A stretch of 64,000 bases of DNA from Pseudomonadota bacterium (GCA_018672825.1 JABHUE010000096.1:28890-92889); one strand, 5' to 3'. Numbered from the stretch's first letter, positions 8,060-20,510 are shown. The notes: generated by a model from the letters alone, not told the origin. Numbers and translations are program-made.

Positions 8060-11000
8060 TTACATTCCGCGACGGTATTTTCCGCCCACCTCAAAAAAGG
8101 CCTGAGTCAATTGACCCAGAGAGCAAACCCGAGCTGCATCCATTAATGGATAGAACACGTTTGCCCCGTTTAGTGCCGCATCCTTGATGGCGCGCACAGC
8201 CGCACGAGATGCGTGTTCATTGTGTTCATGAAAAGCCGCCAGCCTCTTTAACTGACGTTGCTTTTCTGACTCAGTGCCGCGCGTCAAAGCAACCGGAGAT
8301 TTCTCTGCGCCTTCTTCTGAGATAAACGTATTGACGCCCACAATCGGAAAAGTACCATCGTGTTTTTGAGTCTCATAGTAGAGTGACTCCTCCTGGATTT
8401 TTCCGCGCTGATAACCTGTCTCCATTGCGCCTAAAACGCCGCCTCGCTCAGACAAACGGTCAAATTCTTCGAGTACGGCCTGCTCGACCAAGTCAGTGAG
8501 TTCCTCAATGATAAAACTTCCCTGGTTTGCATTTTCATTTTTTGCTAAACCCCACTCTCGATTAATAATGAGTTGAATAGCAAGTGCTCGTCGCACAGAC
8601 TCTTCACTCGGCGTGGTAAACGCTTCATCGTGTGCATTAGTATGTAAACTATTACAATTATCGTAGACGGCAATCAATGCCTGAAGGGTCGTACGAATAT
8701 CATTAAAGCTCATTTCTTGGGCATGCAAAGATCGACCTGAAGTTTGAATATGATATTTCAGTTTCTGGCTACGCTCACTAGCACCATAACGATCACGCAT
8801 CGCAATCGACCAGATCCGTCTCGCAACGCGTCCGAGCACAGTATATTCAGGATCCATACCGTTTGAGAAAAAGAACGAGAGATTGGGTGCAAAATCATCA
8901 ATCGCCATACCGCGCGCCAAATACGACTCTACGTACGTGAATCCATTTGAAAGCGTGAGGGCCAACTGCGTGATTGGGTTCGCGCCAGCCTCGGCAATGT
9001 GATAACCCGAGATAGACACAGAGTAGAAATTTCGAACCTGGTTATCAATGAAATACTCTTGAATATCCCCCATCATTCGGAGACTGAAGTCTGTCGAGAA
9101 TAAGCAAGTATTCTGACCTTGGTCCTCTTTGAGAATATCAGCCTGTACCGTGCCCCGCACCTGCATGAGGGCCCGACTCTTGATCTCCCCATGCTCATGC
9201 TCAGTCGGCAAGCGTCCTTGCATCTCATTAAATTTATCAACTTGCTGGTCAATTGCTGTATTCAGAAAAAACGCTAATACGGTAGGCGCCGGGCCGTTGA
9301 TTGTCATCGAGACAGACGTTGCGGGATCACACAGATCAAACCCCTCGTAAAGCACCTTCATATCATCAAGCGTAGCGATAGATACACCTGATGTTCCAAC
9401 CTTACCGTAGATATCAGGGCGTAATGCAGGATCAGCGCCGTAAAGCGTGACCGAATCAAAAGCGGTTGATAATCGTTTCGCGCTGGAATCCGCCGACAAC
9501 AGTTTGAATCGTTGATTCGTACGCGCAGCGTCCCCTTCTCCTGCGAACATACGGGTCGGATCCTCATTTGCCCGCTTAAATGGGAACACGCCCGCGGTAA
9601 ACGGAAAAAGACCCGGCAGATTTTCAAGCATCTGCCAGCGCAACCGATCCCCGGCATCATGATATCGAGGCAGACTGATCTTGGGAATACGTGTGCCGGA
9701 AAGTGAAGTAAAGGAAAGCTCGACGTCATGGCGTTCTCCGCGGACATCGAAACTCATAGTGTCTTTTTCATAGCGACCCTTTAAATCATCAAACGTCGCA
9801 ATAATCTGAAGCATATCAGGGCCAAGTGCTTCTTCTATCTCATTAAGCAGGGTCACCAAGGCATGGGTCGTGTCGCTGTGCTCTTCTAGTAGTGCGATGC
9901 TTGTTCTGAGATGCTGAGAGCGACGCGCAAGTTCCTCGAGCTTGCAAACCCGTTCATGGTAACGCCTTACACTCAATGCAATCTCCGAAAGATACCGCTC
10001 TCGGTCGCTTGGTATCGACACATCTAAACTGCTCTCTGACTCTGGCGGGCGCAAATGATCACGTCCTTTTACAAGGCCATGCTCAACCAAGCACAAACGC
10101 AAGCCTCGATAAAGATCAGTTACGCCAGCGTCATTAAAACGAGACGCCATCGTCGCAAATACCGGCATATTCTCAACCGGTCGAGAAAATGCCACACGAT
10201 TTCTCTGCATTTGCTTTCGAACGTCCCGGAGCGCGTCCTTCGACCCTTTTCGATCTGACTTGTTAATAGCGACCAAGTCCGCGTAATCAAGCATCTCAAT
10301 CTTTTCTAATTGAGATGCCGCACCAAATTCTGGTGTCATCACATAAAGCGACACATCTGCTTCTTCGACAATTCCAGCGTCTCCCTGACCAATCCCTGGT
10401 GTTTCGACAATCACTAAATCAAAGTCTGCCGCGCGACAAGCGGTAACCATCCGGCTCAGTTCAGCTGGAATTCCACCACCCGCGGCACGAGTCGCGATAG
10501 ACCGAAAGAATACGGTTTGCCCTTCGATCGCATTCATGCGAATACGGTCTCCTAGTAGCGCGCCACCGGTCTTCCGGCGAGTCGGGTCTACCGCTAAAAC
10601 TGCAATTCGGAGCTCATCATCAGAGTCGATCCGCAATCGCAATATCAATTCATCGGTTAAAGATGACTTTCCTGATCCACCTGTGCCCGTAATACCCAGG
10701 ACCGGTATCTTCTTCTGAGCTGAATCTACGTTAGATTGAATTTGCCGCGCCATATCATCACTTAGCGTACTATTCTCAATCTCAGTGAGCACCCGCGCGA
10801 GACACGCATGATTACGCGCATCCAGCTTATCCAAAAATTGAGTGGCTTCTTCACCCGGATAAAAGCTTGCCCGCGACAACATGTCATCTATCATTCCCTG
10901 CAGTCCTAGTCGCTGACCATCTTCGGGGGAATAAATTTTCGAAACACCATAATCATGGAGAGCCCGAATCTCCTCGTCAACAATAACGCCACCGCCACCG

Positions 11001-11326
11001 CCGAACACTCGAATATCACCTCGACCTTTTTCGCTCAGCATGTCGACCATGTATCGAAAATATTCTGTGTGGCCGCCTTGATACGAGCTGACCGCGATCC
11101 CCTGAACGTCTTCCTGAACCGCAGCATCAACAATCTCAGCCACGCTACGGTTATGGCCGAGATGAATGACTTCAGCGCCTGATGCCTGTAGAAGCCGACG
11201 AATAATATTGATTGATGCATCGTGACCATCAAAAAGGCTGGCCGCCGTAACAAATCGGATTCGATAATCAGTATCAGCGTAGGATTGTGGGGCCGATGAG
11301 GATTGACCGGTCAGAACTACACTCAT
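8060..11326 (-). CDS. icmF: Fused isobutyryl-CoA mutase / MeaI GTPase chaperone (AdoCbl-dependent)
   Basis: N-terminal B12 domain (FDGHDAS), GTPase ([21 protein letters not shown]), mutase barrel ([32 protein letters not shown]). ATG at 11326. Confidence 0.95.
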   Translation of the reverse strand: MSVVLTGQSSSAPQSYADTDYRIRFVTAASLFDGHDASINIIRRLLQASGAEVIHLGHNRSVAEIVDAAVQEDVQGIAVSSYQGGHTEYFRYMVDMLSEKGRGDIRVFGGGGGVIVDEEIRALHDYGVSKIYSPEDGQRLGLQGMIDDMLSRASFYPGEEATQFLDKLDARNHACLARVLTEIENSTLSDDMARQIQSNVDSAQKKIPVLGITGTGGSGKSSLTDELILRLRIDSDDELRIAVLAVDPTRRKTGGALLGDRIRMNAIEGQTVFFRSIATRAAGGGIPAELSRMVTACRAADFDLVIVETPGIGQGDAGIVEEADVSLYVMTPEFGAASQLEKIEMLDYADLVAINKSDRKGSKDALRDVRKQMQRNRVAFSRPVENMPVFATMASRFNDAGVTDLYRGLRLCLVEHGLVKGRDHLRPPESESSLDVSIPSDRERYLSEIALSVRRYHERVCKLEELARRSQHLRTSIALLEEHSDTTHALVTLLNEIEEALGPDMLQIIATFDDLKGRYEKDTMSFDVRGERHDVELSFTSLSGTRIPKISLPRYHDAGDRLRWQMLENLPGLFPFTAGVFPFKRANEDPTRMFAGEGDAARTNQRFKLLSADSSAKRLSTAFDSVTLYGADPALRPDIYGKVGTSGVSIATLDDMKVLYEGFDLCDPATSVSMTINGPAPTVLAFFLNTAIDQQVDKFNEMQGRLPTEHEHGEIKSRALMQVRGTVQADILKEDQGQNTCLFSTDFSLRMMGDIQEYFIDNQVRNFYSVSISGYHIAEAGANPITQLALTLSNGFTYVESYLARGMAIDDFAPNLSFFFSNGMDPEYTVLGRVARRIWSIAMRDRYGASERSQKLKYHIQTSGRSLHAQEMSFNDIRTTLQALIAVYDNCNSLHTNAHDEAFTTPSEESVRRALAIQLIINREWGLAKNENANQGSFIIEELTDLVEQAVLEEFDRLSERGGVLGAMETGYQRGKIQEESLYYETQKHDGTFPIVGVNTFISEEGAEKSPVALTRGTESEKQRQLKRLAAFHEHNEHASRAAVRAIKDAALNGANVFYPLMDAARVCSLGQLTQAFFEVGGKYRRGM

Positions 11327-11358
11327 GAAAACTCGCAATTGAAACAAATGATGAGTTG

Positions 11359-11387
11359 AGTTTAGTTTCCGTTTACGTAAACGTCAA
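11359..11387 (-). promoter_or_regulatory. sigma70 promoter for icmF
   Basis: Minus strand TTGACG (11387-11382) - 17 nt - TAAACT (11364-11359). Confidence 0.6.
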
Positions 11388-11388
11388 T
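11371..11388. promoter_or_regulatory. LiuR-type operator
   Basis: GTTTACGTAAACGTCAAT matches the TTACGT-NN-ACGTAA palindrome recalled for LiuR. It lies between icmF and a LiuR-like regulator. Confidence 0.8.
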
Positions 11389-11400
11389 TAAGTCTATAAT
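11372..11400 (+). promoter_or_regulatory. sigma70 promoter for the MerR regulator
   Basis: TTTACG (11372-11377) - 17 nt - TATAAT (11395-11400). Confidence 0.65.
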
Positions 11401-11406
11401 TGCATC

Positions 11407-11814
11407 ATGCTTTCGATCTCCGCGGCCCTCGATGAAAAAGACATTTTGTTCTCTATCTCTGATCTCGCGAGAGAATTTGGGGTTACCACTCGGGCGATTC
11501 GTTTTTATGAGGATGAAGGACTGCTCAGTCCGGGTCGCAGCGGTCGACAACGCGTCTATACGTCTCGGGATCACGTCAGACTCAAACTGATCGTGCGAGG
11601 CAAGCGTCTTGGATTTTCGCTAAGCGAGGTTCGAGAGATTATCGAAATGTATGACCTTGACTCGGGCGAGAACGGGCAACTTCGTTACTTTTTAGAGCAA
11701 ATTAAGAAACGCCGCGAAGCACTGCAACAACAGCGCTATGATATCGAGCTGACGCTCGGCGAGCTGGATTCGATTGAGTCCGAGTGTAAACATCGACTGT
11801 CTGCTTTAAGTTAG
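11407..11814 (+). CDS. liuR: MerR-family regulator, LiuR type
   Basis: FSISDLAREFGVTTRAIRFYEDEGLLSP, RLKLIVRGKRLGFSL, no metal-binding Cys set, adjacent LiuR box. Confidence 0.85.
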   Translation: MLSISAALDEKDILFSISDLAREFGVTTRAIRFYEDEGLLSPGRSGRQRVYTSRDHVRLKLIVRGKRLGFSLSEVREIIEMYDLDSGENGQLRYFLEQIKKRREALQQQRYDIELTLGELDSIESECKHRLSALS

Positions 11815-11855
11815 CAATACCTGCTGAAAGAAATCGATCTACCAGCTCCTGTTTT

Positions 11856-12905
11856 GTGATGAATCTTTCAGAATCCAGTAAAGTGTCACAGACACTTCTA
11901 ACTCTCGCCGCTTTCATGATAGTGGTTGCGGGCCTCAAAGCCGCCGCGCCGATTGTCGTTCCGATGTTAATGGCGATTTTTCTGGCTATTATTTCTATCG
12001 CACCGCTACAATGGCTCCAACGTCACGGACTACCACTATGGCTTTCCATGACACTTATATTCGCAATACTTATTACAACGCTGGTTATCGTCGGATCAAC
12101 GCTTGGCGCATCCATCACCCAGTTAACCGCAACACTCCCTGGTTATGAAACACAACTGGTGGACCTAATTGATCGCTCGGCAATCTGGGTCTCAAGTCAG
12201 GGAATTGATATCCCCGCTGGCGGCATCGTCGGACTCATTGATCCTGAAGCTGCTGCAAAATTTTTTGGCCGTGTTGTAAGCGGTTTCGGCGGACTTGTCG
12301 CGGACAGCATGCTGATCCTTTTCACCGTGCTCTTTATTCTCGTCGAATCAACAACGATCCCGAGCAAGCTCAGAAGTTTCCTTAAAAACCCGGACGATAC
12401 GCTTTTGAATCTTTCCGGATTTATGGATGGAGTGACTCAGTATCTGGTTATTAAGGGAATAATGAGTCTCATAACGGGCGCGCTAATTACCATTTATTTA
12501 TTGATGCTGGATATTAATTTTGCGCTACTTTGGGGCGCGCTTGCTTTTTTCATGAATTTTGTCCCGTACATTGGCTCCATTATCGCGGCGGTGCCTGTTG
12601 TTATTCTGGCATTGCTTGATGCAGGCCCGGGAACTGCCCTGGCCGTTGGAGCCGGATTCCTGGCGGCCAACATGATTGTCGGCAACGTGCTCGAACCACG
12701 ATTTACTGGGCAAGGATTGGGATTGTCCACGTTAGTTGTTTTCGTCTCTTTGGTATTTTGGGGCTGGGTGTTTGGGCCGGTTGGCATGTTCCTCTCTACA
12801 CCTCTAACCATGCTGATGAAAATTGCTCTTGAAAATGACCCGAGAAGTCGGTGGATTAGCATCTTGCTAAGCTCTGAAGCACCCCCATCACCTCCCAAGT
12901 ATTAA
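11856..12905 (+). CDS. AI-2E family (UPF0118) transporter
   Basis: FALLWGALAFFMNFVPYIGS, GNVLEPRFTG, LVFWGWVFGPVGMFLSTPLT. Confidence 0.9.
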   Translation: MMNLSESSKVSQTLLTLAAFMIVVAGLKAAAPIVVPMLMAIFLAIISIAPLQWLQRHGLPLWLSMTLIFAILITTLVIVGSTLGASITQLTATLPGYETQLVDLIDRSAIWVSSQGIDIPAGGIVGLIDPEAAAKFFGRVVSGFGGLVADSMLILFTVLFILVESTTIPSKLRSFLKNPDDTLLNLSGFMDGVTQYLVIKGIMSLITGALITIYLLMLDINFALLWGALAFFMNFVPYIGSIIAAVPVVILALLDAGPGTALAVGAGFLAANMIVGNVLEPRFTGQGLGLSTLVVFVSLVFWGWVFGPVGMFLSTPLTMLMKIALENDPRSRWISILLSSEAPPSPPKY

Positions 12906-12965
12906 TTTTAGGCGGGCACATCACTCGACTCGCCGGTCAATGACATCTCGAGCAGGCTCAGGCTA

Positions 12966-14204
12966 ATGAAACTAGATGCGCTTCGTTCGCCTCGCTACCG
13001 ACGATTCTGGTTCGGCTCAATTGGATCAACGGGAGCCTCCCAACTCTACTTTGTCGGACTTTCCTGGCTGGTTTTCGAGATGACAGGCTCAGCCGCCTAC
13101 CTTGGTCTTCTTGGATTCTCGATGGCAGTGCCAACAATTGTTGCAACCCTTATGGGCGGTCTACTTGCCGATCGCGCAAACCGCGGCCGGATTCTTTTGC
13201 TGACATCAATTCTGGCGGGACTGTGCCTCTCGTTTCTGACGATTCTGGATCTAACTGAATCGGCGCAAATTTGGCAGGTGCTTATTCTGGCCGCGTTTTT
13301 GGGATTGATTTCTGGCTTTGACCTGCCAGCGCGCATTGCATTTTTTCCTTCGCTAATTGAGTCTTCTCAAATGATGAGCGCTGTCGCGTTGAGTTCCATA
13401 CTTTGGCAAGGCACCCGAATGATTCTGCCGGCAATCGGGGGCTTGCTCATCGCCCTAGTCGATACCTGGCTATTGTTTTTTTTATGTTCAATAGGCTTTG
13501 GGGTAATGGGCTGGATACTGATCGGTCTGCAGACTCCGGACAAGCCCAATCCGCCAGAGGGTCAAGACCAATCCCTTGGGGCCGCAATCACCTTCATTAG
13601 GCGCGAAAAACTATTCTTAGTTCTGATCTCAATAACATGGATTTCGATGTTCTTTGGCACATCCTACGTTCAGATTATGCCTGTATTTGCCGAGCTTCTT
13701 GAGGCAGGTGAGAAAGGCTATGGCTATCTTATCTCTGCAACGGGTGTTGGCTCCGTATGCGGCACATTGATTATTGGGCGCTTTCAGCACTCCCCCCTTC
13801 TGGGTCGTTACATGATGGGAGGCGCAGTTCTCTTCGCTCTTTCGTTGGTATTCTTTGCAGCAGTCACCGGTCTTCTCGAAGGAGGCCCGGTGGCGTTCTA
13901 TGCTGCATGTGGCTGTGCCATCCTGGGCGGAATCGGTGGGTCGTGTTTCCTTATTAGCTCTATGACTGTGCTTCAAATCGCTGTCCCTGACCCATTACGC
14001 GGCAGAGTGATGGGTATCCACAGCATCACATTCAGTCTAATCGCGCTAGGTGGTTTAGTATTAGGGCCGATTGCCGAACTACTTTCTGCACCGACAGCGG
14101 TACTTTTCGGTGCGATCACTCTTATCATCAGCCTAATCGGTTTTTCTGTGCGCTTTCCAAATTTATGGCGGCTCAACGCGCAAAATAGCGACTACAAGAT
14201 CTAA
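12966..14204 (+). CDS. MFS transporter (EntS/DHA3-like)
   Basis: YRRFWFG, GGLLADRANRGR, DLPARIAF, VPDPLRGRVMG. Confidence 0.85.
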   Translation: MKLDALRSPRYRRFWFGSIGSTGASQLYFVGLSWLVFEMTGSAAYLGLLGFSMAVPTIVATLMGGLLADRANRGRILLLTSILAGLCLSFLTILDLTESAQIWQVLILAAFLGLISGFDLPARIAFFPSLIESSQMMSAVALSSILWQGTRMILPAIGGLLIALVDTWLLFFLCSIGFGVMGWILIGLQTPDKPNPPEGQDQSLGAAITFIRREKLFLVLISITWISMFFGTSYVQIMPVFAELLEAGEKGYGYLISATGVGSVCGTLIIGRFQHSPLLGRYMMGGAVLFALSLVFFAAVTGLLEGGPVAFYAACGCAILGGIGGSCFLISSMTVLQIAVPDPLRGRVMGIHSITFSLIALGGLVLGPIAELLSAPTAVLFGAITLIISLIGFSVRFPNLWRLNAQNSDYKI

Positions 14205-15713
<1,509 letters not shown>

Positions 15714-15725
15714 AGCCATCTCACT

Positions 15726-16457
15726 ATGGATGAACAGATCCGACTTTCTAAGTTGATGGCTCAACAGGGTCTATCCTCGAGGCGGGAAGCTGACAAGCTG
15801 ATCTCTGCTGGGCAGGTGCTTGTCAATGGCGAGATCATTAAGGAACTCGGCACCAAGGTGCACCCTAGTTCGGATATTAAACTGGCAGCGATTGCGCAAC
15901 GAAAGCGTGAAAAACTTGCAACCTTAATTCTTAACAAACCGGCGGGCTGGGTTTCCAATCAGCCTGAAAAAGGCTATGAGGAAGCAGCGTCACTAATTAT
16001 TGAAAGCAATCGATCTGATAGTCGCGAAGACGCAAAGCGAAAAATACCACTCGCCTCTACCCTTAATGTTGCCGGTCGACTGGATATTGACTCGTCCGGT
16101 TTGCTGGTACTCACCCAGGATGGCACGGTTGCCCGAAAACTCATCGGCCCTAAAAACAACATCGAAAAAGAATATCGAGTTCGAGTCAAAGGCGCTGTCA
16201 CTGATAATCGGATCAAACAACTCACCCACGGCTTATCCCTAGACGGCAGGCAATTGCGCCCCGCGATCATCAACCTTATTGGAGATGATCTTTTAATGTT
16301 TGTTTTGCAAGAGGGTCGGAAACGACAGATTAGAAGAATGTGTGAGCTCGTCGATCTGGAGGTTCGAACACTCACTCGCGTCAGAATTGGCAGAGTGAAA
16401 TTGGGTCAATTACCTCGCGGCACGTGGAGACATCTATCGCAACAAGAGCAGTTCTAG
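15726..16457 (+). CDS. RsuA/RluB/RluF-family rRNA pseudouridine synthase
   Basis: N-terminal S4 domain (RLSKLMA..SRREAD), GRLDIDSSGLL catalytic Asp, EGRKRQIRRM. Confidence 0.9.
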   Translation: MDEQIRLSKLMAQQGLSSRREADKLISAGQVLVNGEIIKELGTKVHPSSDIKLAAIAQRKREKLATLILNKPAGWVSNQPEKGYEEAASLIIESNRSDSREDAKRKIPLASTLNVAGRLDIDSSGLLVLTQDGTVARKLIGPKNNIEKEYRVRVKGAVTDNRIKQLTHGLSLDGRQLRPAIINLIGDDLLMFVLQEGRKRQIRRMCELVDLEVRTLTRVRIGRVKLGQLPRGTWRHLSQQEQF

Positions 16458-16458
16458 C

Positions 16459-17505
16459 GTGGCACTGTATCCTCTTATTCGATCCCTCCTGTTTCGCCTC
16501 AATCCCGAAATCGCGCATCATGTCGTTGTCAGTGGGATTGGGCTTGCGGGGAAAGTCCATCCACTCAACCAATATCTTGCTGATGCCCATCGCGGCCGAC
16601 TCCCGGCGCATCCGACCGAACTCATGGGCTTGATCTTCCCAAATCCTGTCGGTATTGCAGCGGGTCTCGACAAAAATGGAGAGGCGATCGATGGATTAGC
16701 CATGCTTGGATTTGGCTTTCTTGAGCTCGGCACCGTTACACCTTTGGCTCAACCGGGTAATCCGAAGCCCAGAATGTTCCGCCTCACAGAAGACGGCGCA
16801 CTGATTAATCGAATGGGATTTAATGGAAAAGGCCTTAGCTATCTCCTAAATCAACTCAGTCGAGCCAAGCAACACGTGCCAGTCGGGATAAACCTTGGCA
16901 GAAATGCAACAACCTCGAATGAAAATGCGTGGCAGGATTACGTCACGGGCCTTCGGGCGGTCTACGGAGTTGCAGACTACGTCGCCATTAATATCTCATC
17001 ACCGAACACAACAGGGTTGCGTGATCTGCAAGAGGGTGAGAGTCTCAATTTATTATTAAGCCGAATAAAAGAAGAGCAAACCCGACTCGCTGATCAACAC
17101 CAAAAATATACCCCGCTCGTCATCAAGATCGCACCTGATCTTGATGACGAGCAGCTTTTTCATTTTACAAAGACATGGTCAGAGCATAACTTAGACGGGA
17201 TTATTGCAACAAATACCACCACAACTCGGCCCGAATCCCTGCGGAGCTCTCCGCATCGATCAGAGAACGGGGGATTAAGTGGCGAACCTTTAGCATCGCG
17301 TTCCAGAGAAGTCGTCAAAAAATTACGTCAACAACTTGCACCCGATGTTCCGATTATTGGCGTTGGCGGAATTCACGATGCCGAGTCAGCCAATGCAATG
17401 CTTGCCGCGGGTGCCAACCTGATTCAGATTTATACCGGACTCATTTATAAGGGCCCTGGACTTTTAAGAGAAATCCTCACTCATTTAAAAACCCATCAAG
17501 ACTAA
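16459..17505 (+). CDS. pyrD: Quinone-dependent dihydroorotate dehydrogenase
   Basis: NPVGIAAGLDKN, INRMGFN, NISSPNT, KIAPDL, GGLSG. Confidence 0.96.
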   Translation: MALYPLIRSLLFRLNPEIAHHVVVSGIGLAGKVHPLNQYLADAHRGRLPAHPTELMGLIFPNPVGIAAGLDKNGEAIDGLAMLGFGFLELGTVTPLAQPGNPKPRMFRLTEDGALINRMGFNGKGLSYLLNQLSRAKQHVPVGINLGRNATTSNENAWQDYVTGLRAVYGVADYVAINISSPNTTGLRDLQEGESLNLLLSRIKEEQTRLADQHQKYTPLVIKIAPDLDDEQLFHFTKTWSEHNLDGIIATNTTTTRPESLRSSPHRSENGGLSGEPLASRSREVVKKLRQQLAPDVPIIGVGGIHDAESANAMLAAGANLIQIYTGLIYKGPGLLREILTHLKTHQD

Positions 17506-17534
17506 ACTGCTCGCTAGGCCTCAACCGACCACTC

Positions 17535-18845
17535 ATGATTTCAGCATCACTGTTGCACAGTAACGATCGCCTCGCGACCTATCCACCATCCTGGTATGCG
17601 GCAACCGCGACCGGATATCCCGATACCGAGCAACTCACCGGCGCTCATGAAGCTGATATTGCAATCATCGGAGGCGGATTTACCGGGTTGTCGGCCGCGC
17701 TGCATCTCAGTAAACGGGGCTATTCAGTTGCGCTACTGGATGCCCATCGCGTCGGATGGGGAGCAAGTGGCCGCAATGGGGGTCAGGTTGGCACTGGGCA
17801 ACGGGTTGACCAGGATGAGCTTGAGCAAAAAGTGGCGCCAAGCATTGCTCAAGCGGCTTGGGATATCGCAGAACAGTCCAAAGCGCTGGTGCGATCTCTT
17901 ATTGAAGAACATGACATTAAATGTGATTATCGTGCTGGCTCGATACATGCCAACCATCGGCAGCGATACGATTCGCATTCCCGATATTTCGTCGAACGGT
18001 TGCAAGATAAGTACCAGTACCCGCATATTCGTTACGTTCCAAAGGAAGAAATGCGCCACCTCGTCGCAAGTGCGGACTACTTTGGAGGCTCGTTGGATAT
18101 GGGCGCCGGTCATCTGCACCCGCTTAACTATGCCTTGGGCCTGGCTCGAGCCGCCAAGAGCCATGGCACGCGCTTATTTGAACAATCAGAAGTGCTTCGG
18201 GTCGATAAAGGCGATCCTGCTGTTATTCATACCGCCAACGGGACACTAAAAGCTCGATTTGTCTTATATGCGTGCAACGGGTACATCGGAAAACTGGCAA
18301 AAGATATCTCGCGACGTGTGATTCCAATTAATAACTATATTATTGCAACTGAGCCACTAGGCGAAGAACGCGCCAGAAAAATAATCAGCAATAATGCCTG
18401 CGTCGCTGACTCACGTTTTGTTGTCAATTACTTTCGCTTCTCAAACGATCATCGAATGCTTTTTGGTGGAGGCGAGAGCTACGGCTATAAATTCCCAAAA
18501 GATATCAAGGGATTTGTTCGAAAACCGATGCTCAAGATTTTTCCCGAACTCAGAAACGCTAAAATTGAGTTCGGATGGGGTGGAACCTTGGCGATCACGG
18601 TATCTCGTCTGCCGTTTTTTCATCGACACTCCCCCAACATACTCTCAGCCTCCGGCTATTCAGGCTCTGGAGTCGCGCTTGCAACCGGTGCGGGCGCAAT
18701 GCTCGCTGAAGCCATAGAGGGCACAACCTCACGGTTCGATGTCATGAATCAACTGCCCACCCCTTTGTTTCCCGGCGGTGCCGCGCTACGATCTCCTCTG
18801 CTGGCCCTGGCGATGACGTGGTACGCCCTGCGCGATCGACTCTAG
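17535..18845 (+). CDS. FAD-dependent oxidoreductase, PuuB/OrdL (gamma-glutamylputrescine oxidase) family
   Basis: GGGFTGLSAAL, GWGASGRNGGQ, GHLHPLNY, GYSGSGV. Confidence 0.85.
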   Translation: MISASLLHSNDRLATYPPSWYAATATGYPDTEQLTGAHEADIAIIGGGFTGLSAALHLSKRGYSVALLDAHRVGWGASGRNGGQVGTGQRVDQDELEQKVAPSIAQAAWDIAEQSKALVRSLIEEHDIKCDYRAGSIHANHRQRYDSHSRYFVERLQDKYQYPHIRYVPKEEMRHLVASADYFGGSLDMGAGHLHPLNYALGLARAAKSHGTRLFEQSEVLRVDKGDPAVIHTANGTLKARFVLYACNGYIGKLAKDISRRVIPINNYIIATEPLGEERARKIISNNACVADSRFVVNYFRFSNDHRMLFGGGESYGYKFPKDIKGFVRKPMLKIFPELRNAKIEFGWGGTLAITVSRLPFFHRHSPNILSASGYSGSGVALATGAGAMLAEAIEGTTSRFDVMNQLPTPLFPGGAALRSPLLALAMTWYALRDRL

Positions 18846-18880
18846 ATCAATCTCAGCTCATGCATATGTCCGATTGATGC

Positions 18881-19474
18881 TCAGTTTCGCAGCATAAAGC
18901 AAAGCGACCGGTTATTCGCCGGCATGGGCAAATCAGCGGTCAATTCAAATCTATTTTTTTCGGCAAGGGCGCTGACCTGTTCAAATTCACGGATGCCGCT
19001 TTCAGGATCGCGCGCTTTGAGCCATTCATCAAAGCGCACATTACTTAACGCCAGAGGCTGGTCACGGTATTGATACGGTCCATAGAGATAAATAATCCCA
19101 CCTTCGGCCAGCGCGCCTCGCGCCGCCGCAAACAGATTCACGGTGCCCTGCCAGGCCACAATATGCACCGTGTTGATACAAACAATAGCATCAACCATTG
19201 GAAGCTCAAGCTCCCTCGAAAGCAGATCTATCGCGATGGGTTCGAGACAGTTCTCCCCCGCATCATCACGCCAGGCTTCGATACCCGGCAGGCACTCGGG
19301 AAGATCACTCGGCAACCACTCAAGCAAGGGCAGGGCTGCCGAAAAATACGTCGCATGTTGCCCACTACCGCTGCCAAGTTCAAGAACTTTGCCGGTCGCT
19401 GGCAAGAGATCACGAATGATCGTTAAGATCGGCTCACGATTACGATCGCACGCAGGCGCGTAAGGTCGACTCAT
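18881..19474 (-). CDS. DUF938 family SAM-dependent methyltransferase
   Basis: APACDRNREPI, LELGSGSGQH, YGPY, NVRFDEWLK, MPANN. Confidence 0.85.
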   Translation of the reverse strand: MSRPYAPACDRNREPILTIIRDLLPATGKVLELGSGSGQHATYFSAALPLLEWLPSDLPECLPGIEAWRDDAGENCLEPIAIDLLSRELELPMVDAIVCINTVHIVAWQGTVNLFAAARGALAEGGIIYLYGPYQYRDQPLALSNVRFDEWLKARDPESGIREFEQVSALAEKNRFELTADLPMPANNRSLCFMLRN

Positions 19475-19533
19475 TCGCTGCTCATCATTAGAAAAGTAAA
19501 CGCACAGGTTATCCGATCCTTGCTTACAAATGA

Positions 19534-20478
19534 TTACGCGAAAAAAATAAACTTAATAAAGCCAATAATTTGAAATTGATAATGATCAATCAGCATCAAA
19601 CCGAACAGCATCGCCAGATACTGAATCGAAAAACCAAATGTTTGACGAGACAGTGTGTCGCTGTAATTACGATACAGCCGCACAACGTATCCCAGAAAAC
19701 CCAGTCCAAGCAAGATAGCACCGATAAAATACATCCAGCCTGACATCCCGGTCGCAAAAGGCAGCACACTGACCGCCAATAGCAAAATGGTATAAAGCAC
19801 CATCTGCAACAGAGTGTGTTGCTGGCCATGCGTTACGGGCAACATGGGAATACCCGCCGCGGCATACTCGTCTCGGCGATAAAGTGCCAACGCCCAGAAG
19901 TGTGGCGGGGTCCAACAAAAAATAATTAAAAATAATAAAAGCGCGTCAGAACCTACCTCTCCGGTGACCGCAGACCACCCCAGCACTGGAGGCATAGCGC
20001 CAGCGGCGCCACCAATGACGATGTTTTGCGGTGTCACGTGTTTGAGCCAAACTGTGTAGACAACCGCGTATCCAATCATCGATCCAAACGAGAGCGCTGC
20101 GGTAAGCAAATTAACCTGACTGATCAGTAAGACCATTGAAAGAAGGGCCAGCGACCCTGCGAACAGGATTGCAGGAATAGTCTGAACGCTGCCTGTTGGC
20201 AAAGGTCGACCCGACGTTCGCGCCATCACCCGGTCGGCCCGACGGTCCAGCAGGTGATTAAAGGCGGCGCCCGAGGCAGCCGACAATCCAATTCCTAGTC
20301 CGCCAAAGATTAGCGCGCTAAGAGGAATCATTCCCTCAATCGAGAGAAACATGCCAACAACTGCGGTAAATACAATTAAGGCGACGACCCTTGGCTTCGT
20401 CAACTCGTAATAGGCGTAACAGAGTTGTCTCGTTGACAAAATCGACTGAGCGGATGACGTTGAAACTTGAGCTTTCAT
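19534..20478 (-). CDS. cyoE: Heme o synthase (protoheme IX farnesyltransferase)
   Basis: LTKPRVV, DRRADRVMARTSGRPLP, YTVWLKHVTPQNIVIGG, WTPPHFWALA. Confidence 0.96.
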   Translation of the reverse strand: MKAQVSTSSAQSILSTRQLCYAYYELTKPRVVALIVFTAVVGMFLSIEGMIPLSALIFGGLGIGLSAASGAAFNHLLDRRADRVMARTSGRPLPTGSVQTIPAILFAGSLALLSMVLLISQVNLLTAALSFGSMIGYAVVYTVWLKHVTPQNIVIGGAAGAMPPVLGWSAVTGEVGSDALLLFLIIFCWTPPHFWALALYRRDEYAAAGIPMLPVTHGQQHTLLQMVLYTILLLAVSVLPFATGMSGWMYFIGAILLGLGFLGYVVRLYRNYSDTLSRQTFGFSIQYLAMLFGLMLIDHYQFQIIGFIKFIFFA

Positions 20479-20510
20479 ATCAACTCGGATTATACGATTA
20501 ACTCCCTTTT

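Noticed and set aside
8002-8094. Apparent overlap of the MFS gene with the icmF 3' end
   Set aside because: It is an artefact of longest-ORF calling. The GTG at 8001 removes the overlap.
17596-18249. 217-aa alternative-frame ORF
   Set aside because: It is nested in the FAD oxidoreductase and has no motif or RBS support.
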